Made by a program: the position numbers and the translations under genes. This document shows positions 1 to 14,480 of a stretch of 64,000 nucleotides of DNA, one piece after another (positions within the stretch are counted from its first letter, which is position 1; every line of letters starts with the position of its first letter). The DNA is taken from the NCBI RefSeq assembly GCF_009914755.1, contig NC_060945.1. One strand, given 5' to 3'. Source of the DNA: the human T2T-CHM13v2.0 reference genome, Homo sapiens. A model generated the notes under the pieces. That model was not told where the DNA came from and did no database searches. It worked only from the letters and a program-made list of their open reading frames with translations.

Positions 1-2585
1 CTGTGAAATGATTCTTTTTTAAAAATATACTTTACCCCAATGTGAATTAAATATGAAAAACTAAGGATAAATTTTGGGAAGTTAACAAAACTTTTATCTT
101 TGAAATTGTTACATTCTAAGCAGGTAATTTATTACTTTCACCAAAAGCGTTTGTACTTTCCCTCTTGATGAACAGCAAAGAATATTAAGTCTATAGTAAC
201 TTATAAGGAAATAATAAGCAAAATTTAAGCAAAATAATAAGCAAAATTTGTTTAGCTAACATATTAAATAAATTTTGCTTATTCAGGTAAGGAACATTAA
301 AAGAGCATTCTACATATCACAGTAAGTTAAGTCAAAGAAATGTACATATTCAACAAAATAAAGTCTGAGTACTGTCATAATTACCCATATCACACTTTGC
401 AACCTGTAAATTTCTAACACACATGATATCATTTCAAGTCTTCATACAAAGCACATGAAAAAACTGTTGCACAAATGTAAGTAACTTGCGTAATATAACA
501 AAGATGAACTTTTATCTTTTTTGATCGTTTCTAAGCTTTAAAATTATATCAGGACACACTCTGGAGTTGTGTTTCACCAATACTTTGATTTATCACCCTA
601 TATGTGGGAGGCATCAAGTTGAGTGCTTTGTAAGTCACAAATTTATAAAAGATACAACCCCCTCCATCTAGAAGTTTATAATTTTGCTGCAGCGATGAAT
701 GAAACGCTATGAAAAATAAAGGCAGTGTGAATGGCATTCATCAACCACTAGGAGAAAGTAGATGGGAGCACATGTTCCCTTCTGTCCGAGTGATCATACA
801 AATCACAGGATGGATGGCCTTTTGGTAAAAGAAAACTAGTAGGGTTCAAAAGACATCTGAGCTGAAGATAGCAAAAATAATGTGGCAGAATAAGAAATGT
901 GCAATTAACATGCTTAAGGAAGGGGCAAACCAAATATTTGATCATGAGATATGCAAGGAACCAGGTAGAAATAGGACTTGTCTTATCTTGTGAGCAAAGG
1001 TCTTTGTTCAGGGTAATAATAATTTTCTGCAGAAAGTTTTACTTTGCTGTGTAGAATGTATTGGGTAATAAAAACTAAAAGGCAAAAGACCAAATAGAAA
1101 GTTACTGCAGTAACTATCTAATAACTATCTAATAATCAGAACGTAATAAAGCCTGAATTTGGAAAATGGCAGTGGAAAGACAAAGAAACCAAAACTCATA
1201 ATTCTTCCTGTTCCAATGAAAATGATTATTGACATAGTCATAATTAGGGTTGACTGCAATCAAATGTTAAATATGTAAAGGTGTAATATAAAACCAAGAA
1301 CCTGCCAACAGACTTTCAGGAAAGACTTTGATCACATTTATCATCTCATATTTATCCTACAATGTAACAAACATTATAATGTCCCCTTTGAATGTATTCT
1401 AGGGTACCATATACCATAACTTGGTATGTCTTTAATTAAATTTTTGTACTATTTTAAAAACATTTATTGTAGTTGACCTAAAAATAAAACTTTGAGAACT
1501 ACAATTAGATACCACCTGTATAAAATGAAAGCCAAACTATACTTCTCTTTCCAAAGAGGAAATTTGGAAAAATTACTTTCCAAAACCTTTTGAGCTCTGC
1601 CTGATCTATACTAAGATACCAAAATATAATGTATGTCTCCTATATTTTACAGAAACAGAAGAAATCTTTTATAAATGTACTTCTCAGACTGATTACCAAC
1701 ATAATTTTATTATCCAAATGAAAAAAACACATATTTATACCTATAAGAAAAATTACCTGACCATAATAATAAACCCTATTTTTTGAAAACTTCATATTTA
1801 CATATTACCTTTCAAAGGGATGTGTATGTCAGTTTGATGAAAAAAACTACTTTCAAATTATTCAAATCATCCAAATGTATTCTTATGCTTATAACTTACA
1901 ATTTTTGTTTTCATTTCCTTTAAATATTCCCTGCCCCAGAAAACCTATAAAGGCAAATTTTCAGAAATAAAAAAAAATGTGTATCTTCTCCATGCATTCA
2001 ATAAATAACTAGTCTATAAACAGGTATGTCCTCCTTCTAGATGCTCAGCCTCAGACTAGCTTCTTCAGATTTATTAGTAACGAACGCAACAGAAATTCTT
2101 GCCTTCAGGGAGTCCCAATTTTAGAAAGATTAAACAATAAATAAACTATACTTTAAAAAGAAACACAAATTTCATTGTATTTTTAAAGGTGTTAAGTGCT
2201 TGGAAAAAGAGAACAGCATAAAGGAGAGAGGAAAAAGAGGAGGCTTCCGTTTTGAATTGTGTGGTCACCAGGGTGGGCTTCACTGAGAAGACGCCTTTTC
2301 AGCTAATGCAAGGACTTTAGTTTTATACCAAGTGAGGTGAAGGCTTTTAAGCAGAGAAATGATTTTCTTTTCTTACTACCCAATAAGAATTGAGTGTCAA
2401 CAAGAGTACCAATTTCATTTAAGAGTGTGGAGGTAGTATTATCAAAAATGTGTTGGGGGTAGGGCTATAAAACAACCACTGTATCCCAGATCTGGGAACC
2501 AAAACAAGCACTAAAGTGTGATTATGCCGTTTATTTCTCAAAGGGCTATTCCCTCCACAATAAGTTTCCATATTGACTGTTCTCA

Positions 2586-2720
2586 CAGGTCAATAGTCCC
2601 TTATCCACATTCCCAATTTTGAATACCAAGAAGCTTTAAAACCCAATTTGGTGGCAAAATCAAACCCACATTAATGTGAGATGGTTTATAGTCTTGATTT
2701 ATCCCATTTGGCAAAAATAA
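2586..2720 (+). mobile_element. TcMar-Tigger MITE fragment, MER46C-like
   Basis: caggtcaatagtcccttatcc...tttggtggcaaaat...tttatagtcttgatttatccca resembles the recalled MER46C 5' part. Confidence 0.5.
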
Positions 2721-3258
2721 ACATGAAGAAACATTAACCCTCAAAATTTAGGTAACCTTTAAATATCCTAAGTAATGAGAAGTCATAGGCACATCTATAT
2801 GTACACATACAAACTATCTGTAAACTTCCCTATTTTATTAAATATGGTGGAGTTACAGCATACAGCAATTTATCACATTCAATTAAGCCAGCCATGCTTT
2901 TGAAAAAAGAAAAACACACTTCCCCTAAAAGTAAAATTCTACCTAGTATAATAGAAGCTGGAATAAGATGGAAGATATGAATCTACTGTTACAGATTTTG
3001 ATTTTTTAGTTTAAAGATATGTATCTGTCATTCAACATGCCCCCTAAACACTGGCTAATTGATTTATCTGATGTTCAACCAAAGAAAATGCTACTTATTC
3101 CAAAATAGAAGGAAAAATAGGCTGTTTGAAACTTACTGAAAGATGGTACTTCAGCATTTGACATGGCACCTTTCTACTGGATTTTTAAGGGTAATTTTAA
3201 CTAGTCATGAACTTGACTAAAGCACTGTCTTTTAAAAACCCAAAATGTAACTCTATAG

Positions 3259-3584
3259 CTGTGCTGTCTAATACAGCAATCACTAGACACATGTGGCTAC
3301 TGTGCACTTGAAAGATGACTAGTCAGAATTCAGAGAGCTGTGCGTCAAAACACACACCAGCTTTCAAAAATTCAGTACAGATTTACATTATTTTTCAATG
3401 CAAAATATCTCATAATTTTATATTGATTATTCATTGAAAGGATAACATTTTGCAGATACTGGGTTAAATCAAATATATTATTAATTTCACCAGTTACTTT
3501 TAACCATAGCTACTAGAAACTTTAACATTTAAAATTTAAACTTACATAATGTAGCTCACATTATACTTCTAGTGAACAGCACTG
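3259..3584 (+). mobile_element. MER33 (hAT-Charlie MITE), full length
   Basis: Termini ctgtgctgtctaat...gaacagcactg, internal cacatgtggcta motif, and a perfect 8-bp TSD CTCTATAG (3251-3258 and 3585-3592), typical of hAT. Confidence 0.85.
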
Positions 3585-4139
3585 CTCTATAGGAAAGACC
3601 TAGAAAAAGATTAATTTTTCAAATACTTATATGCTAGAATGAATAATATCAATTTTAATCACCAGAATAATAAAAACACAAAGGTCACAAGAAACGCTTG
3701 TCAGGAATGCTGAAATAAGTGTTTTGTGACTCAAAAGTATCTATTACTTTAAATATTCAAAGAGGTGTCCAAATATTCAACTAATAAAAAAAGCCTTCAA
3801 TACATGTTATGCCTGATTTGCTTCAAAATCCACTTTCAGTATTTCAATCATACGATCATAAGTACATAGAGGAGGATATTGTGTCCTAGTTTCATTCACT
3901 AGGGTTAGAACAAACCCAGGTTTTGTGAGCCAAATACATATTATAATGGAATCAGAAAATAGGTAACTTATTTTTTAATAGATGGGAAAATTTAAATAAC
4001 TCCTAAGAAACAACTTTAGAGTTTACATTAAGTCAAAGAAAAATAAGTCTCTCTAATTATAAAACCTACCATTAACAAAAGACACACTGATTGACATTTC
4101 CTAAATATTCTTAAAAGCACTGTAAGTACCTATTACTCT

Positions 4140-4660
4140 AAACACATGCACATCCCACCACCCAGCAGTTCCACTCCCATGCTTACACTGTACTCATGAG
4201 AAATGAAGGCTTATTTCTACCAAAAGACCCAAAAAAGTTCACAGCAGCCTTATTTGCAGACACAAACTCGAAAGAAAACTAAATGTCCACTTACAGTGGA
4301 ATGGATAAATGGTGGTATAATCATAGAATAGAACATAGACAATTTAGGGGGAAAAAACAAATAACATACACAACATGGATGACTCTTACAGACATAATGT
4401 TGATAAAAAAAGACACTGATGAGTTCATACGACATGGTTCCAACTTTATATAGTTTAAAACAGGCAAAACTAATCTATAGTAAAAGACGCCAAAGACTAT
4501 TCCTGTTAGGTAGAGGCAGGATCGATTAGAAAATACACAAATTACAATAAGCCTTCTGGAGTAGGGTGCTAGTTACTCAGACTATACTTACATAAACAAC
4601 AATCAAGCTAGCAAATAAGGGTGTCTATTTGATTACATGAAGTTACACTTCAGGAGGTTT
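4140..4660 (+). mobile_element. Old L1 (L1M-type) 3' fragment
   Basis: Degenerate L1 3' motifs: cccagcagttccactcc, ttcacagcagccttattt, aaatgtccac...gaatggataaa, aaaacaggcaaaactaatcta. Confidence 0.7.
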
Positions 4661-5647
4661 TGTATAAAAATAAGAAACTTCTTCTTAAAAGGACCTTATG
4701 CATTATGATTTCTTTTCAAAATAATTACTTAAAACTAATTCCTATCTTGAATATACATGGGAATTTGTCGATTTAATCCTTCAGCTAAACTTTCAATTTC
4801 TTTGCAGTTTCTTTTTAATAAGAATAACTATCAACTCTATTGAAACATACCTTTAATTTTGAGATATGATAACCTTTCATGAATTGATAATTCATATTAG
4901 CATTAAAATTATAACTTCCATCTTTATAGCTAAGTGTGAATGTTTATACGAAATATTTATAATAGTTCATTCTCATCTTTAATTTGAAAAGATAACTCTG
5001 AATTCCATAAAATCCAGTTTCTGATCATATAATTTATTTTACTGATAAAGTATATTTTAAATTTAATTTTTTGGGTTCATTTACAAGTTCTTTCACAGAC
5101 CTAATTTGCTTATTTACATTTCTTATTTGCTTTTGCCTTTCCCCCGTAACCGACAAAAAGAGGAAGAATATGCTGGTTTGCCAATAAATAATAATCTTAA
5201 ACACAGAGTTTCCATTTTAAAAGTTCAATGCAGCATGCTGGGGAGACTTATTAAAAGACTGTATTCAACCAACCCTAGAAATTCACACTGCTTGACAGTG
5301 ATTAAGAAAATCGGTAAAAACCAATTTTTGTATTATTTCATATGAATAAAAATCATGAATATTCAGCTAATAAAGTTACATCTGTATTATAGTAAAAGAA
5401 GGTGGCCAATTCACTATAATCTTAACAAATACATTATTTTATTGCATGTATTTATGCATCCTTCCTTCATCTGTTTCTATCCCAAGCAAGACAGCTGGCA
5501 AAAGTTTTTGAGAAGGAAAACACAAGATACAGAGGAGGTATAAGGTCGAATATTAAGAAGGATGCCTTGGATATAGATCAAGAAGACTATGTTCACCACT
5601 GACATTAGTCAAATTGGCTGGCATATCCATATGTGATCTATGAGGTA

Positions 5648-6006
5648 TGCTATGGCCTGAATGTTGTGTCTCCCCAAAATTCATAAATTGAAACCATATT
5701 TGCAATGTGAGGGTAATTTGGAGGTGGGGCCTTTGGTGAGTGATTAGATCATGAGGGCAATGCCCTCATGAACAGGATTAGTACCCTTATAAAAGAGGTC
5801 CCAATAATTCTCTGGCCACCTCCACCCATGTGAGGTTACAGTGAGAAGTCAGCCATCTATGAGGAACAGGCCCTTACTAAACATTAAATCTGCTGGCACC
5901 TTGGTCTTGGACTTCCCAGCCTCCAGAACTGTGAGAAATAAACCTCTATGGTGTATAAGCCTCCCATCTATGGTATTTGTTACAGCAGCTCAAATGGACT
6001 AAGATA
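5648..6006 (+). mobile_element. ERVL-MaLR solo LTR, MLT1A/MLT1A0-like
   Basis: Starts tgctatggcctgaatg, contains ggacttcccagcctccagaactgtgagaaataaa, ends ggactaagata; 5-bp TSD AGGTA on both sides. Confidence 0.85.
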
Positions 6007-6677
6007 AGGTACAAAAGACAAAGCACAAAGTGAGTAAGTTTCTCAACAGATGATTTTAACATAACCTTCCTTCCTAGTAATATGTCACATGTCCTGACAC
6101 TCTGGGCCTACAAGCAGATAAATTATTATGCTATACCAATCTATCCACAAATGATAATGCAAAGAGAGAATTTCGCAAATGGATGTTCGGAGGCAAAACC
6201 AGGTGGCCTGGCTGAGTCTGTCCACGGACTCTGATGACAGACTGATCCAAATGCAGATGGCAGCTGATCCCTACACTAGAAGGTAGAGCTGTCACAGGCA
6301 GGAAGACTTTTAAGACTGCCTGAATGTTTCAGGTATACTTCACACTGTCTTAGATAAAAAGGAACTTTATGTATCTCATTTTCAAATCAAGACATTCTTT
6401 AAAATAGTTCTATAGTAGTAAAGTAAAATGTAAATACCTCAGTGTTTAAAATAGGTAAAACTGGTTTACTCTAAACCAGACGTTTTATTCGCTTACACAA
6501 AATTTTGATTTACCAAAATTGAAATATAACCTTCTTTGTGACAAATGGCAAGGTAGTTTATCCATATCTAAAAGTTAAAGAAAAATAACAAAATGTGGCA
6601 TAACAGTCTTACTTTTCTACAATTGGAAAGGCTTGATAACATTTTTAAAAGTGGGGCAATGAGACAAAAGACAATAC

Positions 6678-6757
6678 CTTCTGGCTGTGTTTCTCCCAAA
6701 TGTTAAAATAATGAGTCCTGAGAACAGTTCTGAAATAGCTCACAATCCAAACACTTC
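6678..6757 (-). other. NRIP1: Non-coding exon 2 (80 nt, 5' UTR); first exon of the described exon2-exon3 circular RNA circNRIP1
   Basis: Minus strand acceptor cacttatttctcttaattttcag|GAAG with a GTAAC branch-like motif upstream, and donor GAAG|gtattg; no ATG. The circRNA role is recalled knowledge. Confidence 0.9.
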
Positions 6758-6930
6758 CTGAAAATTAAGAGAAATAAGTGTTACTTCAAGTGCACCTTAT
6801 CTCAAAGATTTGTTTTACAATGGAATTTTAACTACTAACTAAATCATCTCAAAAAACAACAAAAAAGATGTATTACAAGGTAAAAAAAAGTATTCATATT
6901 CTTCATGATACATGCTTTCTTTGGACATAG

Positions 6931-7350
<420 letters not shown>

Positions 7351-10219
7351 TGATGTAAAAAGTTAATGTCAAAGATAAAGAGGAATTTCAGTCAAGGATT
7401 CTGGGAGAAAAAGTATTAGAATTATTTAACAGTCATTGCAGAGTTTGAAACACCTCATTTCTTTTCTGTACCACTAGGAACAGAAAATGTTAAACTCAGA
7501 ATTAGAACCATACTAGATATAGAATGACACTGACGTGGAAAAGTTCATACTTTCAGGAACAAAAGAGTGGATCAAAGTTTTTGGCCAGCAAGAGATGTAG
7601 CAAACAATTTAACATTGTGGTGGCTGAGGAAACTTTATTTTGGTCAACAGGCCAATGGACAGTGAAGCTAGCGGTGATAAGGGAGGTACCATGCGAACTC
7701 CCTGATACCACCATAGCAGCATTCCATTTCTATCAGCCACGCCACTTAGATCTGACTTATACTTCTAGAACTCTCAATTCCTAGCCTATAACCTATGATC
7801 AGTTCTCACAGATTATAGCTTTGAATAAAAATACATCTGTAAACCTGAATTCTAACCTCCCAAAATAAAGTAGCTATTTTTCATTTTCATTTCATTTTAC
7901 TGGGGGCCCTTCAGTCTCCTTAAAACCACTTAAAGATAACAAATTGCTTAAAGTAATACTTCCCCAAAATCCAGCTCTTCACCACTATACCTGTAGGTCA
8001 CTTAGTCTGTATCTTGCTTATTGTTATTCTCCCTGTGTCTGTGAGCCTTCAATACCCAGCATGGTGCAAGGTATACAGCTGGTACTCAGTAAATGTCTGA
8101 TAAATGACATCAATTAATCACAGAGCCTTAATCAATTAATATGCCAGGCTTAAGTAAAAATATAAAAGAGAAGACGGTAGTTTTATATGGACCAACTACA
8201 ATGAAAAATATATGCCTTTAATTACTACACACACATGCACATTCTCTCTCTCATCCACTCATTCACTGTCAGTTCTTCATCAGTAAGACTCCTCCAGTAT
8301 CTTATTTCAATGCTCTCCTAATCCCCCCGGCCCAGACAATCAGCCTGGTTGGGTGGTAGGTGTCCATTCTACCCAGATGAGTTGGGACTCTAGTGTCGCT
8401 GTCTGACGTCCTATACCAACCAGCATGGTACTCAGGCATTATTAATACAAGTCTCTAAGCACATAAAGGCATACCTCAGAGATATAGTGGGTTCCATTCC
8501 AGATCACTAAAATAAAGCAAATATCACAATAAAGCAAGTCACACAAGTTTTTTGGTTTCCTAGTGCACATAAAAGTTATGTTTACACTGTACTATAGTCT
8601 ATTAAGTGTGCAAAAGCTTTATGTCGAAACAATGTACATACCTTAGTATAAAAATACTTTATTGCTAAAAATGCTAACAATCATGTGAATCTTTAGAGAG
8701 TTTTACTCTTCAGTGGTGGGCACCTTGCCTCCATATTGATGGCTGCCAAATGATCAGGCTTGTGGTTGCTGAAGGTTGGGGTCTCTGTAATGATTTCTTA
8801 AAACAAGACAACAATGAAGTTTGCCACATCGGCTGATTCTTCCTTTCACAGAATAATTCTCTGTAGCATGTAATGCTGTTTGATAGCATTTTACCCACAG
8901 TAGAATATCTTTCTAGATGGGAGTCAATCCTCTCAAACCCTGCCACTGTTTTATCAATTATGTTTACATGATATTCTAAATCCTTCGTTGTTATTTCAAC
9001 AATGTTCACAGTATCTTCAATCAGGAGTAGATTCCATCTCTAGTAACTACTTTCTTTGCTCATCTATAAGGAGTAACTCCTCATCCGTCCATGTTTTCTC
9101 ATGAGATTATACAAATTCAGTCACATCTTCAGGCTCCACTTCTAATTCTAGTTTTCTTGCAATTTCCACCACATCTGCAGTTACTTCCTCCACTGATGTC
9201 TTCAACCCGCCAAAGTTATCCATAAGGGGTGGAAGCAGCTTCTTTCAAACTCCTATTAATGTTAGTATTTTGACCTCCTCCCATTAATCACAAATGTTCT
9301 CAATGGCATCTAGAATGGTGAATCCTTTTCAGAAGGTTTACAATTGCCTTTGCCCAGATCCATCAGAGGAATCACTATCTATGGCAACTACAGCTTCACA
9401 AGATGTATTTCTTCAATAGTAAGACTTGAAAGTTGAAATTACTCCTTGATCCACAGGCTACAGAATAGATGTTGTATTAGCAGCCATGAAAATTAACATT
9501 AACTTCCTTGTACATCTCCATCAGAGCTCTTGAGTGACCAGGTGCGTGGTCAATAAACAGTAATATTTCGATAGGAATCTTTTTTTTCTGAGCAGTTGGT
9601 CTCAAGAGGGGGCCTAAAATATTCAGCAAACCATGCTGTAAACAGATGTTCTGTCATCCAGGCTTCTTCTTCCATTTATACAGCATAGGTAGAAGAGATT
9701 TAGTATAATTCTTAAGGGGCTTAGGATTTTTGGAATGGCCAAACATTGGTTTCCACTTCAAGTCACCAGCTGTATTATCCACTAACAAGAAAGTCAGTTT
9801 GTCCTTTGAGGTTCTGAGGCCAGGCATTGGTTTCTCCTCTCTAGCTATTAAAGTCCTAGATGGCATATTCATCCAACAGAAGGCTGTTTCATTTACACTG
9901 AAAATCTGCTGTTTAATGTAGCCATCTTCATCAATGATCTTACCTAGATCTTCTGGAAGCTTGCTGTAGCTTCTACATCAGCATTACCTGCTTCATCGTG
10001 CACTTTTATGTTATCCAGGCAGCTTCTATCCTTAAACTTCATGAACAAACCTCTGCTAGCTTCCAACTTTTCTTCTGCAGTTTCTTCATCTCCTCTCGGC
10101 CTTTGTGGAATTAGAGTGAGGCGCTGCTCTGGATTAGGTTTTGGCTTAAGGGAATGTTATGGCTGCTTTGATTTTCTAGGCAGACTACTAAAATATTCTC
10201 CATATTAGCAATAAGGCTG

Positions 10220-10917
<698 letters not shown>

Positions 10918-13864
10918 GGCTGCTTTGTGTTCTTATCATTCATGTGTTCACTGGAGTAGCACTTTTAATGTCCTTTAAGAACTTTTCCTTTTACATTCAC
11001 AACTTGGTGAACTGGCACAAGAGGCCTAGCTTTCAGAAGAGCTTGGCTTTTGACATGCCTTCCTCACTGAGCTTAACCTTTTCTAGCTCTTGATTTAAAG
11101 TAAGAGACCTACAACTTTTCCTTGCATTTAAATACTTAGCCATTATAGGGTTATTAATTGGCCTAATTTCAATATTGTTGTGTCTCAAGGAACAGGGAAT
11201 CCCAAGGAAAGGGAGATGAGATGGGGGAACAGCCAGTCTGTAAAGCAGTCAGACCACACTGAACAAGTTCGCCGGCTGATATGGGCACAGTTCATGGTAC
11301 CTCAAAACAATCACAATAGTAACATCAAAGATCACTGATTACAGATCACCATGACACATATAATAATATGAAAAAGTTTTATATATTGTGAGAATTATCA
11401 AAACATGACCACAAAGACACAAACTGAAAACATGCTGTTGAAAAAATGGTACTTGCTCAATGCAGGGCTGCCACAAACCTTCAGTTTGTAAAAAACAAAA
11501 TTATCTTCAAAGAGCAGTAAAGTGAAGCACAATAAAATGAAGTATGCCTACACATCAGCAACACCAAAGCTACCCTACATCATTAACAGGGTATGTCACC
11601 TAAGTGTATAAGTCAAAGATATCTAGAATCTTAACTACAGGCAGGATGTTCCCAAAATCTTAGTCGACAGAAGGCATCTCCTCAAAATAGAGTTTATAAT
11701 CAGACAAAAACAAACAGAACCTGAAGAGACCTCCAGGTGATAAAGGAAAAACAAAAAGCATTATCATTTCCTATTAGGACATTACTTTTTTAGGAGCTAA
11801 ATAAAAACATTACCAAATCATTTTATGTAATAAAATTTAACCTTATTTTGACCTTTCTCATAAAGCAAATAAACCTCTCTATCCAATAAGGTTCCATCTG
11901 AACTATGTAAGATGATAGGCAATACCTTAATTGCATTCATTTACATGACTCTGAAACTATTCTGGGCTGAAGTCACTGACCGCAAGGTCACAGAATACAA
12001 AAAAGTAGAATGTGTGTAATTTACCAAGGAGAAATGATCCACTTAGACAGTGTGGCAGCACCTTTTCCATCCTTCATTAGGGGATACTAAATGCTTAATG
12101 CAATCAACAGGTGTAGACATCTCCATTTAAAATATATCATACAAATACATACACACACACACGTATTCATTTTACAAATATATAAATAACACTAAAATAT
12201 ATATTTGAATAAGTCCATCATATATTATGGCTTTCTTCTTAAAATTAATCTGCCTAAATAAAGAACAATTCTATACCCTAATAGCATTTAGAAGCAAAAT
12301 ACAATATAGGGCCATTATTTTCCCATTGTCTTATAAAATTTCTAACACCTAATATTCAGGTTACAAAGCTATAGTTTTAGGAAAAGAATTTAAAACACAG
12401 GATGCCAAGTATGTTAAGAGTTCTTGCTTTCATTTTTTATAACCTAAACACGAATATATTCAACTAATTTGCTTAGAGAAGCATAGTTTACATGTCTCAA
12501 ATCCAATAATACTATATTAATAAAAGAAAAGAGGTACAATAGATTGACAGATTAACAATCATAGATTACAGGGGATAATGTGTATTCTCCAAAACCTCAA
12601 GAGTATATCAAAACACACACACACAAAAGTTAACCCTACAAATTATTTCCCTTTAGCTTTGTAAAATGCAATTGTAACACAAACAAGGTATTATTGGCAC
12701 TTGAAGTTACTGGAGAAAAGAGAAGGAACTCAAAAGAATAGGATTTAGGGTACTTTTTAAATGTTTATAATATTAGTACATATGCAGACTGTGAAGTATT
12801 TGTTTCAGGTTTAATACAACATCACCAAAAGATTCATTTAAACAGTTTCCACACATTAAATTAGGTAAATCTCTCACATTTAATTTACTATCCAAGCACT
12901 TTTACACTACTCAAGCCAATCTTTTGCAACTTACAAATGATTTAATGAAAAAAAAGCTATGATATTATAAAATTCATGCTTCTTCATTTTCTCTCCCTAT
13001 AGAGAAGGGCAAAACTTTTCTTACGTAAATCTATATTAGATCCAAATCATTTCAAGAGATGCTACTCCACAAAGAACACACAGATGGACATATATTTAAT
13101 TAATATATTCCTAAAAAACTTCAATACATGATGTCACTTTGTCCTTTGTAAATGAGAAATAAAATTTCTCAATGTCTTCTTATAAGTTAAGCCAATTCAC
13201 TTTGGATTAGCTTAGTTTTAAAATAAATGCATACATATACATAATAAAATACTAATTCCTATTGTTATCTACATATAACTTTCAGTGACCACATCTTGGT
13301 ATTTTAATTTTCTTTCTATAAGAAACAATTCAGAGTCAGACATGAAATATATGTGTGTAACTAGGTAACAGGCAATATTTGGTTCCTATTCTTTGACAAG
13401 GATAAGCTATTGAGACCAATCAGAACCTTCCAATGTGTTTCCAATGTTCTTGGCTACATTTCTACTTAAACTCAAACCTCAGGAAGAATATAATCTGTTA
13501 AGATAACTTTTGTTTTTCTCAAACATTCTCTCTCTGCCTATCCCAAAAGAATCAATCAATGCTTTATGTTACTAAGTTCACTGATTATGAGGACAATGTC
13601 TGAAGATTTCATACACATAATATTGGGATCTTCCCTTTCCTTGAATTTCAGAATATGTTGGAGCCAATTTCTATAACCAAAACGTAGTATTTGTGTATCT
13701 TTAAATGAGCTACAATCCAGAACTGAAAATGAACTATACTAATGGCATCGCACTTAACAACTTTCAATGAAGAAAGAAATAGGTTAGAGTCTAAGTTCAA
13801 ACACACTTCAAACTCACGTGACCACAGTAAATCCTACCCTTAAAGCAAGTACATATGTGTGTAT

Positions 13865-14449
13865 TGTTTATGTTTCTTATTTTCTGTATATTATGATGGT
13901 TTTGACTCCTTTCTGGCTGGGAAGAGATTGCCCCTCTAGGGGCCAGCCAACGCTTAGAGAAGGCAAAGGACTCAGCGTGCCTTTCACATGCAAACTAAAC
14001 AATCCACAGCGATACCTCCTCTACCTGACCCATACACCCAGGAGGCAATATTCCCCTGCCTGGTATCTACCAGGCAAACTAGGGATCACTCTTACAGTTT
14101 AGAGCCTGTATACCTATAACTTATTCAAAGCTACTATTATTACACACCTATAGCTTATTAGTAGTAGTAGCAGTAGCATTTACCTACAGCTAATGCAAAC
14201 TAGCGAATCCTAAACTTGGTTACCCGCCCTGCCTTGCCTTTCCCACAGATACTCCAGAAACGGCTGCAGCCCGGTCTCTCTTCTAGCTCCTGCCCCTTTG
14301 GCCCCTAGACCAACACTGGGGCTTTCTCATGTGGCCCTGAATGGCATGCTGTGCCTCCGAGAACTCATGAGTATAATAAACTTTGTTTTCCTGAGCCCCT
14401 CCTGGGTCTCCTTTTCACATGCACCTGACTGACCACATAAAAGAACACA
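13865..14449 (+). mobile_element. ERVL solo LTR, MER74-family-like
   Basis: Motifs tgcccctctaggggccagccaa, cctttcacatgcaaac, aactaggga, catgtggccctg and AATAAA match the recalled MER74 layout. Confidence 0.7.
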
Positions 14450-14454
14450 GAACT

Positions 14455-14480
14455 CTGTGTGTGTGTGCGCGTGTGTGTGT
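14455..14480 (+). repeat. Interrupted (TG)n/(CG) microsatellite
   Basis: tgtgtgtgtgtgcgcgtgtgtgtgt; uninterrupted purine-pyrimidine alternation. Confidence 0.9.

Noticed and set aside
6831-6845. ACTAAC (QKI-type motif) next to exon 2
   Set aside because: It is on the plus strand, antisense to the NRIP1 pre-mRNA, so it is not present in the transcript.
8710-9872. Transposase-like ORFs as a domesticated TIGD-type gene
   Set aside because: Short fragments of a decayed Tigger1, broken by stops, frameshifts and an LTR insertion.
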